DNA from: a virus
Lineage: Duplodnaviria > Caudoviricetes
IMG/VR virus record: IMGVR_UViG_3300033489_000037
Coordinates: 1 to 34,116 of that record
Direction: 5' to 3' (one strand)
DNA length: 34,116 nucleotides
The translations under genes and the position numbers were made by a program. How positions within the stretch are numbered: position 1 is the first letter of the stretch; each line of letters starts with the position of its first letter. The notes under the pieces are model-generated. The model did not search any database. It worked only from the letters and a program-made list of their open reading frames with translations, and was not told the origin of the DNA. This document shows positions 1-7,628 of the stretch, one piece after another.

Positions 1-2
1 GG

Positions 3-824
3 TACAATAGCAAGCTGCTAACTACTTACATCAGGCCGCTGGCAGGAAATGATAGAATATATACCAACTACAACTTGGATGCTAGAGTAGGTAGGATTAG
101 CAGCAGTAGTATGAACATGCAGAATATTCCAGGCAAGAATCCTTCCAGGCCAAGAGTAGAGCACTATAATATCAGAGATATCTTCTTGCCTGACAATGGG
201 ATGTTTACTAACGGGGACTACAGCCAGGAACACCTATATATACTAATGAACATGAGCGGAGATAAGCAGATGCAGAGAGTGTATATAGAAGGTGAGATGG
301 ATAGAGACATCCACAACTTTGCAGCCCAGATGATGTTTGGTTCGGTCACTCCACAGTATAGGAAGATTGCAAAGACAATTAACTACGCCATTGCCTATGG
401 AGCCACTCCACAGACTATCAGTCAACAAGCAAAGATAGCTGATGTAAGGAGGTGTAAGGATTTCCTTGACAAGTGGTTTGCAACTTTCAGAGACGCTGCT
501 GAGTGGATTAAGGGAGCACAGAGGGAGGGGCTTAGAGATGGGTGGGCACTGCCTACACTGTTTGGTAGAAGGATTAAGCTACCAGAAGATGAAGGTGAGG
601 AGGGAATGAAGAGGAAGGCAGTTAATTACCCTATATTAGGGAGCGATGGAGAGGTAATGAAGAGAGCACTTATTGTATGTAAGAATCATAAGTTACCGTT
701 AGCAGTTACAGTGCATGACTCAATTACATTAGATGGGGACTGTGAGTTTCCTGTGGAAGAGTTGGAGCATATAGCACCAGTTAGGATTCCGTTTGAGGTT
801 ACAAAGACTTTAAGATGGGAGTAA
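3..824 (+). CDS. polA: DNA polymerase family A, C-terminal polymerase domain (5'-partial)
   Basis: The frame is open from the window start. Motifs: GRISS..NMQNIP, motif A DYSQEHL, motif B RKIAKTINYAIAYG, TLFGRR, motif C VHDS. Confidence 0.95.
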   Translation, partial: YNSKLLTTYIRPLAGNDRIYTNYNLDARVGRISSSSMNMQNIPGKNPSRPRVEHYNIRDIFLPDNGMFTNGDYSQEHLYILMNMSGDKQMQRVYIEGEMDRDIHNFAAQMMFGSVTPQYRKIAKTINYAIAYGATPQTISQQAKIADVRRCKDFLDKWFATFRDAAEWIKGAQREGLRDGWALPTLFGRRIKLPEDEGEEGMKRKAVNYPILGSDGEVMKRALIVCKNHKLPLAVTVHDSITLDGDCEFPVEELEHIAPVRIPFEVTKTLRWE

Positions 825-828
825 TGCT

Positions 829-1077
829 ATGGGAATAAGACTAACTGCAACAGCAACTAAGAGCATCAGAGAGAAGATCTTCAAGGCTTACGGAAGTAAC
901 AGTGCAGAAGCAGCGGTTGTGTTTGATGAAGTGTTAGGAAAGATTAAAAGGTCAGTCCCCATCCCTGGCAGCGATACTCTAAGGTTGGAGTTTATAAAGC
1001 CACTCAATGATGACTCCAATATAATTGAGGTAAGAAAGTTGTGTATGGCAGATGGTAAAGAATTCTGGATTATATAA
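829..1077 (+). CDS. Hypothetical protein
   Basis: 82-aa ORF directly after polA, with GGAG upstream. Confidence 0.7.
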   Translation: MGIRLTATATKSIREKIFKAYGSNSAEAAVVFDEVLGKIKRSVPIPGSDTLRLEFIKPLNDDSNIIEVRKLCMADGKEFWII

Positions 1078-1088
1078 GGGGGAGTAAA

Positions 1089-1319
1089 ATGAAAGAGTGG
1101 ATGCTAACGAAAGAAGAAGCCAACATAGCATACCATAGTGCATGGAGTAATCCTGAGAGACAATTAGCAGTAGCTAAAGCCCAAGCCTGCAAGATAGAGA
1201 GGTGGCTATTTGGGCAGTGTACTGAGCTACATCGCGATGACTTTAAGGTACTCTGGGGCAACTATAACCGGTTGAGGAAGGACTGCTCGTCTTGTATGGC
1301 TAAGTTTCGCACGGACTGA
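1089..1319 (+). CDS. Hypothetical protein with possible Zn site (CxxxH...CxxC)
   Basis: RBS AAGGGGAG precedes a 76-aa ORF. Confidence 0.7.
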   Translation: MKEWMLTKEEANIAYHSAWSNPERQLAVAKAQACKIERWLFGQCTELHRDDFKVLWGNYNRLRKDCSSCMAKFRTD

Positions 1320-1492
1320 TAGAAGGAGAGGAGAGAAATGCTAGATGTAACATATATTATTGGTGTCCAATATCGTATTTGCCGTGGTGAGGTTAAGTGT
1401 GTAGCCTATCTCGATGAGTCAGGGGGATCAGAAGCACAAACTTTTGCAGAAGCCTCTGAGAACGAACATGAACTGATAGAAGGAGAGGAGAG
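1315..1492 (+). repeat. 21-bp perfect direct repeat ACTGATAGAAGGAGAGGAGAG (1315-1335, 1472-1492), with a degenerate copy near 1932-1947
   Basis: Read directly. Each copy contains an RBS just ahead of an ATG. Confidence 0.9.
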
Positions 1493-1508
1493 CAATGGAC
1501 TGTCCTAA
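1338..1508 (+). CDS. Small hypothetical protein (56 aa, MLDVTYIIGVQY...)
   Basis: Translated by hand (below the ORF-track cutoff), with a strong RBS. Confidence 0.55.
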   Translation: MLDVTYIIGVQYRICRGEVKCVAYLDESGGSEAQTFAEASENEHELIEGEESNGLS

Positions 1509-1644
1509 TGATGGCACCTGGATGACAGTATATAAGCCGACCGGGGATTACCCTCCGTATTTCCTGAAATGTAGTAAGTGTGCATTGATTTTGCCACTTG
1601 AGCCACCATCGACATCGAGGTATTTTGATTGGTGGGATTACTGA
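1495..1644 (+). CDS. Small zinc-ribbon-like protein (49 aa, MDCPND...CSKC)
   Basis: Translated by hand. The RBS lies in the repeat; motif CPxD...CxxC. Confidence 0.6.
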   Translation: MDCPNDGTWMTVYKPTGDYPPYFLKCSKCALILPLEPPSTSRYFDWWDY

Positions 1645-1664
1645 GTCGAGTAAAGGAGAGAGCG

Positions 1665-1859
1665 ATGGACAGCAGCGAGGCAAGGGTTAATTCTCTTTAC
1701 AAGACCAACGCAACCGCAACATGGGCAAAAAACCAGTTGAGAATATTACACGACATGGTCGAGGACCGCAATACTGGCACTTTTACAACTTCACTAACCA
1801 TGCAGTGGTTGGCCAGTGAACTTGAACGGATTGAGAAAGGTATTTTGATAACAGTTTAA
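1665..1859 (+). CDS. Hypothetical protein (MDSSEARV...)
   Basis: Start moved to the ATG following the repeated RBS. Confidence 0.65.
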   Translation: MDSSEARVNSLYKTNATATWAKNQLRILHDMVEDRNTGTFTTSLTMQWLASELERIEKGILITV

Positions 1860-1869
1860 GGAGAGAGCG

Positions 1870-1977
1870 ATGGATTTAACCGGTTGCGGAAAGATTGCCC
1901 GATTTGTACTGCTGAATTTCTGAAGGATTGCCTGATAGGAGGAGAGATTGATGGAAAGAGCAGCGAAGGAGGGATAG
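1870..1977 (+). pseudogene. Gene remnants: out-of-frame paralogue of the 3' end of ORF 1089-1319, plus an 8-codon mini-ORF
   Basis: An alternative frame reads FNRLRKDCPICTAEFLKD, versus YNRLRKDCSSCMAKFRTD in ORF 1089-1319. MERAAKEG* ends like ORF 2531-2683 (EAKEG*). Confidence 0.7.
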
Positions 1978-1981
1978 AAAA

Positions 1982-2179
1982 ATGGCAAACGAAGAACAGA
2001 TAGCGTATATCATAAGCCAATCAGTAGCTGCTGCGATAACCATGGAGGCAATGAAAGCAGCAAACCGAGAACGGTTTGCTCATGCCGAAGCACCAGCATA
2101 TAACGAGCAATCTTTTCTAGATTTGATACCTCAGTTTGGAATTGGCTACAACAGTGTGGTGGAAAAACTCTACCACTGA
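1982..2179 (+). CDS. Hypothetical protein
   Basis: 65-aa ORF with RBS AAGGAGG. Confidence 0.75.
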   Translation: MANEEQIAYIISQSVAAAITMEAMKAANRERFAHAEAPAYNEQSFLDLIPQFGIGYNSVVEKLYH

Positions 2180-2191
2180 AAGGAGAGAGCG

Positions 2192-2473
2192 ATGGATGAG
2201 GGATTAAAACTGAAAATATGCGAAAGGTTTTGCAGTGGCTTAGGAACTATAGGGCATCTATGCACAGAGTGGGAGACTTGCGATGTCCACACGGATTTAG
2301 AGCAAGTCTTTCGTGATGCAGGCTGGGTGCGATTGCCAAGTGAGACAGCCTTTCCAAGTTATGATAGATTTAAGACGGCTTTTGGAAATGAGCCAGCAAT
2401 ATACCATGAAATTCTAAAATCAGTATATCTTTGGCTTGAGCAAGCATCTTTGAAGGGAACTAATGGACCATAG
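2192..2473 (+). CDS. Hypothetical protein
   Basis: 93-aa ORF starting in the repeated RBS motif. Confidence 0.7.
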   Translation: MDEGLKLKICERFCSGLGTIGHLCTEWETCDVHTDLEQVFRDAGWVRLPSETAFPSYDRFKTAFGNEPAIYHEILKSVYLWLEQASLKGTNGP

Positions 2474-2516
2474 CAACCAGATAAAACTTTGAGTGTATGG
2501 ATAAGTTGCTTAGTCA

Positions 2517-2689
2517 GAAGGAGGGATAACATGAATTATGTGATGCTAGTAAAAATACCAATCAAAGACGTTCCGGAAACAGTATCTATTCAAGAGGCTA
2601 AGGTAATAAGCGAAGACTGGTTATTGCTGAAAATACCTGATGTTGAGTTGATAAGTTTTGGACAAGAAGCGAAGGAGGGATAACATGAA
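2517..2689 (+). repeat. 19-bp perfect direct repeat GAAGGAGGGATAACATGAA (2517-2535, 2671-2689), with a partial copy at 1963-1976
   Basis: Read directly. It contains an RBS, a stop codon and an ATG. Confidence 0.9.
2531..2683 (+). CDS. Small hypothetical protein (MNYVMLVKIP...)
   Basis: ATG follows the repeated RBS. Confidence 0.6.
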   Translation: MNYVMLVKIPIKDVPETVSIQEAKVISEDWLLLKIPDVELISFGQEAKEG

Positions 2690-3566
2690 CCGAGAGGAAA
2701 TAGGGCAACTAATCAATCTAATCAAGTACAATGAATCCATGAGGTATGAATCAGGAGTGACATTGAAAGCCGAGTACGACAGGTTAAAAGAGATTATCGA
2801 GAGTCAGGCAACTACTATAAATTCCTGCGGAGAGCGCGGGGTGGAAATGCAAATCGAACGGGACAGGCTAGTGTCTTTAGTAAGGGAGCTAAGGCAAGAT
2901 TTGACCAGTAACATTAAACTAGAAGTGGCGCAATACTGGCTCGACAAGATATGCAAACCTTTGTTGGAGGTTGGAGCAGATAGTAGTTATATAAGGTTGT
3001 TAGCAGATGGATTACGCCGAGATCTCCGTGCATATTCGCCTCGTGTTTTTGATGCTATAGCCGATTACTTCGACTCGCAGAAGGGCGAGAAGCCACCTCA
3101 GCCATACCCACCAGTCATAGTGTGCCTATGTGGTTCTACCCGCTTCTCAAAGGCGTTTCAAGATGCACAGTTAAGGGAAACGCTTGTAGGGAAGATTGTT
3201 CTGACCATTGGCTGCAATATGCGCTCAGATTTTGTCCTCAGTTATATCACAGAGATATTTGGGCAAATGAAACAGGAGGAACTTGACGAGATAAAACGCA
3301 AATTAGATGAACTGCATCTACGCAAAATTGATATAGCAGACGAAGTATTAATTTTGGATGTGGACGGGAATATCGGGAAAAGTACAACCAGCGAACTGAA
3401 CTATGCAAGGACGCAAGGTAAACGTATTAGGTTTCTAAGCCGAGAGCAGAAGGGTGAGAAGCCAGAAGAATTACATATTAAGAAGCAGGGCGGAATATGC
3501 CTCCTTGAGGATGAGTACGTGCCAACTCTTCAATGTCCTATTTGCAACCCGAAGCGTACAGGATGA
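2685..3566 (+). CDS. Mosaic protein: coiled-coil N-terminus plus a Rossmann-like domain resembling nucleoside 2-deoxyribosyltransferase/DUF4406
   Basis: Motifs IVCLCGSTRF, LDELHLRKIDIADEVLILDVDGNIGKSTTSELNYA, GKRIRF. Start placed at the RBS repeat. Confidence 0.7.
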   Translation: MNREEIGQLINLIKYNESMRYESGVTLKAEYDRLKEIIESQATTINSCGERGVEMQIERDRLVSLVRELRQDLTSNIKLEVAQYWLDKICKPLLEVGADSSYIRLLADGLRRDLRAYSPRVFDAIADYFDSQKGEKPPQPYPPVIVCLCGSTRFSKAFQDAQLRETLVGKIVLTIGCNMRSDFVLSYITEIFGQMKQEELDEIKRKLDELHLRKIDIADEVLILDVDGNIGKSTTSELNYARTQGKRIRFLSREQKGEKPEELHIKKQGGICLLEDEYVPTLQCPICNPKRTG

Positions 3567-3689
3567 TAATACATGGTGCTTCGATTGCCTAAACTGGATT
3601 AAGCCTAGCCCGCCGCGTACAGGTACGAAATGGCGTGATATGAAACGTCATATTAAAGGAGTCAGTATGAAATATGGCACTGGTAGACC

Positions 3690-3878
3690 TTAACTAGCTT
3701 TACCAAAGAAGTAGCCTATCACACCCATACCTATCAAGCCAAGAGTGTCCAGTGCTTTAGTGGCTAAGGCTGCATCTGGGTTGTGCCAGGCGCTTAGACC
3801 ACCCATAAAGAGTAGCCCTATAACTACTCCTATAATAGCGACTAGGGCTACTCTTACAAGACCCTTCTTGTCATCCAT
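3690..3878 (-). CDS. Small two-TM membrane protein, holin-like
   Basis: RBS GGAGGT, two hydrophobic stretches ending GYFFGKAS, last gene of the late region. Confidence 0.6.
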   Translation of the reverse strand: MDDKKGLVRVALVAIIGVVIGLLFMGGLSAWHNPDAALATKALDTLGLIGMGVIGYFFGKAS

Positions 3879-3954
3879 AATATACCTCCATAAGTAGAGA
3901 GTGCGCTCGCTACTTAGTGACCAGCTCTCCAGTGCTCTCCTGCACATTACCTTA

Positions 3955-4212
3955 CTATGGCATTGGTAAGTCTACGATACTATGCACCCCAAGACTATCT
4001 AGGCGCACAGATGGGAACTCACTAGGATTGCGCCGTACGAACTCCTGAATTGCAGGGATATCTGTTGGATTGCAAGGTTCATATCCCCAATCAGTGTAAT
4101 ACTTTGTAGCAGGAACCCAGCCCGTAACTGTATTCTCCATTTCACCACTTGCCAAGACAAACGAGTATTGTTCTGAGTACTTGATTTTCTTCTTCAACCA
4201 GATGAATACCAT
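3955..4212 (-). CDS. Hypothetical protein
   Basis: 85-aa ORF with RBS AAGGAGG. Confidence 0.7.
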   Translation of the reverse strand: MVFIWLKKKIKYSEQYSFVLASGEMENTVTGWVPATKYYTDWGYEPCNPTDIPAIQEFVRRNPSEFPSVRLDSLGVHSIVDLPMP

Positions 4213-4222
4213 GCTTTCCTCC

Positions 4223-4471
4223 TTATACTATTATTCTCCAAAGTATATAGCCAATAGAAGCAAATATGATTCCTCCTATGCCTCCTTGGATATCTACATA
4301 GGCACCATCCTTGAGCCTCCAGTCCTCACAGACCTCATAGATTAAGAATAGCAGCGTCATTGATAGTGATACAGACCAGTGTATCTCTTGTTGCAACACT
4401 ACTATGGCTGCACCTATAGGTACGTGCATCCAGAAGCGAGCATCGTCCCAGACTATCCCTAGCCATTTCAT
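4223..4471 (-). CDS. Small membrane protein (about 3 TM)
   Basis: ATGA overlap with the upstream stop, and three hydrophobic segments. Confidence 0.7.
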   Translation of the reverse strand: MKWLGIVWDDARFWMHVPIGAAIVVLQQEIHWSVSLSMTLLFLIYEVCEDWRLKDGAYVDIQGGIGGIIFASIGYILWRIIV

Positions 4472-6786
4472 CTTACTACCTGCTTGTTGGAGATATCTGC
4501 AAGTCTGCCAGTGTACTGCTTCTTGTCTCCCCAAATGCTCCAGCACTCATTACGCCTCTCAGTTGCTTCGGTACGGAACTTGTCTGCTAGTAGCAAGTCA
4601 ACATTAGCTGCCTCAGTGTATCTATTGGCTTCCTCAATGTAGCGGTCAATCTCTGCTATTCTAGTCTGGGCCTCAGCTATAAAGGCGTTCTCCATAGCTA
4701 TCCTGCCATTGGCCTCTGTTGTATACCTGTCAGATATTGCTACCCAACCTTGGGCGGCAGCTACATCCTGAGAGGCAGCAGCAAAGTACCTGTCCGACTC
4801 ACCTAGATACCTATCCATCTCTGCTATTCTGGTTTGCGCCTCGTTAATGAAGGCATTTTCCATTGCTATTCTGGCCTGGGCCTCTGCTATATACCTGTCA
4901 GAGATTGCAGCCCAACCCTGAGCAGCACTGATGCCTTGGGTAGCAGCAGCAAAGTACCTGTCGGCTTCTGCCAAGTATCTGTCCATCTCATATAGTCTCA
5001 TACCAGCACTGCTTACATAGCCATTACCAATTCCTATGTCTTGGCTGGCCTCACTAATTATCTGATTGCACTTGCCTATCCAAGCCTGAGCCTCGTTAAG
5101 GAAGTCATCAGAGATATCTCCGTAAGCTCTGGCTTGGTCGATGTAAGTACTCAGATTGGCTAGTCTGACCTGAGCCTCCTGCAAGTAGGTTGCTGCTTGG
5201 CTAGTTCTGGCATTAGCAGCAGAGATGAAGTCTACCCTCTTCTGCGCCCAAGCCCTTTGCATATTGACTACAGTAGCAGCATACTGAGCATAGAGGGCAG
5301 GTACATCAGAACCTATATTGACTGTATTGATGAAGTCATCGCCTAGCTCCAGGTGTAGTTCCATACTAGGAGTTACACCACTATCACCATTGAGGATGTG
5401 TTTGACCTCATCAGTCCAGACTGCTGCGTATCCAGTAAGGTCAGTGCTAACTACTAGCCCTAGTGCAGTAACAGCAGCATCAACAGCAGTCTCGGCACCG
5501 GTTCTGAGGTTAGCAATATCAGTTGCTATCTGAGCTAGTATTGCTTTGCTAGAGTCAGTTGCTCCCTCAGAGTAAGTTATAACCTTCGCTAGTGCAGTAC
5601 TGATTGCGGCTAGTGGAGTAGTCAATGTACCTAATGCAGTAGTACCTGCTGCAAAGGCAGTTTCGGCAGCAGTCAGACTAGTGCCTACCAGAGCGTAGAT
5701 TGATGTTAGATTAGCCAGCTCAACTATGCCTAGTGCTATGTTGGCTAAGGCAGCATCTAGGGCTACATCTGCTAGGTCGTTGTTAGTCTTTACAGCGTCT
5801 AGAGCTGTGTCGGCATCTGTATTGTAGGTAGATACCTTAGCTAGGGCAGTATCTACCAGAGTGTATACTGCTGTTAGATTGGCTAATTCACCTACACCAA
5901 GTACTATGTTAGCTAGAGCAGAGTCGAGAGCAGTATCAGCCAAGTCATTGTTAGTCTTGACTAAGTCTAGTGCAGTATCTGCATCAGTGTTATATGTGGA
6001 TACCTTAGCTAGGGCAGTACCTACTAGAACATGTATAGCAGCTATGCTAGCTAGAGCAGTTCTTGCACTAGCTAAGTCAGTTACAGACTGTAGTTCATAC
6101 TGTATAGCTTTTTGGAACAGGGCGTAGGCAGCCATAGCTAAGTTGACTGTCTCATCTAGGAATGCAGGACAGGTGCCAGCAGAAGTTCCAGATATAGTAT
6201 GGGCAGTGAAGTACTGGACTAGTATGTGCTTGTTTAGTGTCATACTGTCTTGGGTATCATCGCCACATTTTACTACTAGCACGTCACTATAGAGTTCAGT
6301 ACTAACTATCTGTTTGGGGACTGAGTGGGCAGGATACTCTACTGTGCCAACTCTGATTGGAGCAAGTGAACTAAGATTTACAGCTACCTTAGACTTAGTG
6401 TATGACACATGATAGATTGTAGCCACTACCATAGCGCCTCCACTGATAGTAGTGATTGTGCCATTCATGTAGTCTACAAAGTAGTCAGTGTTGCGAGTAT
6501 AAGTAGTTACATTGTCAGTAGACCTCACAAGCTCAGACTCATACTTGATTGGATGGTAAGTTACTGCACTACTGGCAGTTCCATGGGCAGCACCAGTCGT
6601 GAAGTGTTCATCAGTCACATCAAACACCAGTCGTTCCTCATAGAACTTCTCTTGTGGCAGGAACCTACTAAGATCTGCGTAAGCATGAGCAAGTGCACGA
6701 GTTAGTTCGGCATCAGACCAAGTAGCTGCTGCGTCCTTGAGGTCTGACCTCACATCGGATAAGTGAGTTGCTAATGTCTTTCCCAT
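4468..6786 (-). CDS. Putative head-tail adaptor/tail protein with a long heptad-repeat helical hairpin
   Basis: The N-terminus (VRSDLKD..WSDAELTRALAHAY) resembles phage adaptor proteins. About 540 aa are Ala-rich heptads with two 56-aa duplications. Confidence 0.65.
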   Translation of the reverse strand: MGKTLATHLSDVRSDLKDAAATWSDAELTRALAHAYADLSRFLPQEKFYEERLVFDVTDEHFTTGAAHGTASSAVTYHPIKYESELVRSTDNVTTYTRNTDYFVDYMNGTITTISGGAMVVATIYHVSYTKSKVAVNLSSLAPIRVGTVEYPAHSVPKQIVSTELYSDVLVVKCGDDTQDSMTLNKHILVQYFTAHTISGTSAGTCPAFLDETVNLAMAAYALFQKAIQYELQSVTDLASARTALASIAAIHVLVGTALAKVSTYNTDADTALDLVKTNNDLADTALDSALANIVLGVGELANLTAVYTLVDTALAKVSTYNTDADTALDAVKTNNDLADVALDAALANIALGIVELANLTSIYALVGTSLTAAETAFAAGTTALGTLTTPLAAISTALAKVITYSEGATDSSKAILAQIATDIANLRTGAETAVDAAVTALGLVVSTDLTGYAAVWTDEVKHILNGDSGVTPSMELHLELGDDFINTVNIGSDVPALYAQYAATVVNMQRAWAQKRVDFISAANARTSQAATYLQEAQVRLANLSTYIDQARAYGDISDDFLNEAQAWIGKCNQIISEASQDIGIGNGYVSSAGMRLYEMDRYLAEADRYFAAATQGISAAQGWAAISDRYIAEAQARIAMENAFINEAQTRIAEMDRYLGESDRYFAAASQDVAAAQGWVAISDRYTTEANGRIAMENAFIAEAQTRIAEIDRYIEEANRYTEAANVDLLLADKFRTEATERRNECWSIWGDKKQYTGRLADISNKQVVR
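4654..4989 (-). repeat. 168-bp (56-aa) tandem duplication, C-terminal arm
   Basis: GCAGCAGCAAAGTACCTGTC at 4775 and 4943, and the EMDRYL...EAQTRIA unit repeated. Confidence 0.93.
5698..6033 (-). repeat. 168-bp (56-aa) tandem duplication, N-terminal arm
   Basis: GATACCTTAGCTAGGGCAGTA at 5831 and 5999, and the TALAKVSTYNTDADTALD... unit repeated. Confidence 0.93.
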
Positions 6787-6795
6787 ATTAACCTC

Positions 6796-7398
6796 CTAGT
6801 TCAATCTAGTTATGACTATCTCAATGCCTATAACTACTATGTGCTCATTAGTACTTACATTGCTAGTTGTGCCAACACACTCAAGTAAGTACTGTTTGTC
6901 AGTAGCAACAGTGGTATCGCTACAGTTGGCCTCAGAGTCAAAGTTGCCATCAGCAGCCACCTGAGTGATTCCGCCGCTAGTTACATCAGTGGTAGTTATC
7001 GGATCTGCTTTGTTGACCTGCACTAGTTTACAGTCAAATGTAACTGTATCCCCACCCTCCTCATGGACATCACCAACTATCTTGTAGCTAGTAATGATGT
7101 CACCTATTTTGAGAAAATTGAGGGATATCCAGAACTTCTTGGCAGACAGGTTTGCTCCCAACTCCACACCTTTGATGGTAGGAGTCCAGTCAGTACCAGG
7201 TGCAGGACATATAAAGGTGTTGGATAAGAATGTTACGCTTGTACCTGCACTCCCACCTATCTTAACTCCGCCTACAGTTGCACCGTCATGTATGAATAGT
7301 TCATGAGTATCAGTAGTGAATACTGGCTCAGACTCAGTACCAGTATATGCAGCATTCTGGGCAGCAGTCCCTCTCTTGAGTAGCAATGGTGTAGTCAT
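6796..7398 (-). CDS. Tail fibre/spike protein with an Mtd_N-like N-terminal domain
   Basis: LLLKRGTAAQNAAYTGTESEPVFTTDTHELFIHDG matches the major tropism determinant N-terminal pattern. The C-terminus is beta-rich. Confidence 0.75.
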   Translation of the reverse strand: MTTPLLLKRGTAAQNAAYTGTESEPVFTTDTHELFIHDGATVGGVKIGGSAGTSVTFLSNTFICPAPGTDWTPTIKGVELGANLSAKKFWISLNFLKIGDIITSYKIVGDVHEEGGDTVTFDCKLVQVNKADPITTTDVTSGGITQVAADGNFDSEANCSDTTVATDKQYLLECVGTTSNVSTNEHIVVIGIEIVITRLN

Positions 7399-7628
7399 AA
7401 TATACCTCCGTCAATCACTTTAGGTAACCAAGTTCCAAAAGACCACTCAGTCAATCCGCTTAAGTCTCCGCCATCAAATCCCCAGGAGAACTGAGCGTCG
7501 TGACGCAACTTAGCTGGAGTGATAGAGTTGTCTATTACCCCACCACTACCAACAGTGGCACCATAGATTGGAACTGATGGCCGCTCTAAGTCGCTGTACT
7601 TTCTAGAAGTTCTAATATCTGGTCTCAT
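7395..7628 (-). CDS. Small virion protein with two C-terminal DGG motifs
   Basis: TAATG coupling to the upstream gene and RBS GGAGGA. Motifs IDNSITPAKL, FDGG and IDGG. Confidence 0.7.
   Translation of the reverse strand: MRPDIRTSRKYSDLERPSVPIYGATVGSGGVIDNSITPAKLRHDAQFSWGFDGGDLSGLTEWSFGTWLPKVIDGGIL

Larger units (their letters stand above)
1653..2196 (+). repeat. 17-bp perfect direct repeat AAGGAGAGAGCGATGGA x3 (1653-1669, 1858-1874, 2180-2196)
   Basis: Read directly. Each copy is an RBS plus ATG. Confidence 0.9.

Noticed and set aside
1315-2689. CRISPR or integron attC array
   Set aside because: The repeats are RBS/start motifs separated by whole ORFs, with no palindromic attC structure and no integrase.
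3670-3688. Similarity of AAATATGGCACTGGTAGAC to sequence near 34068-34090
   Set aside because: The match is short and gapped with no supporting context, so it is likely chance.
4654-6033. 168-bp duplications as an assembly artefact or DGR repeats
   Set aside because: The copies differ at many positions, often synonymous and not adenine-specific, and they stay in frame.
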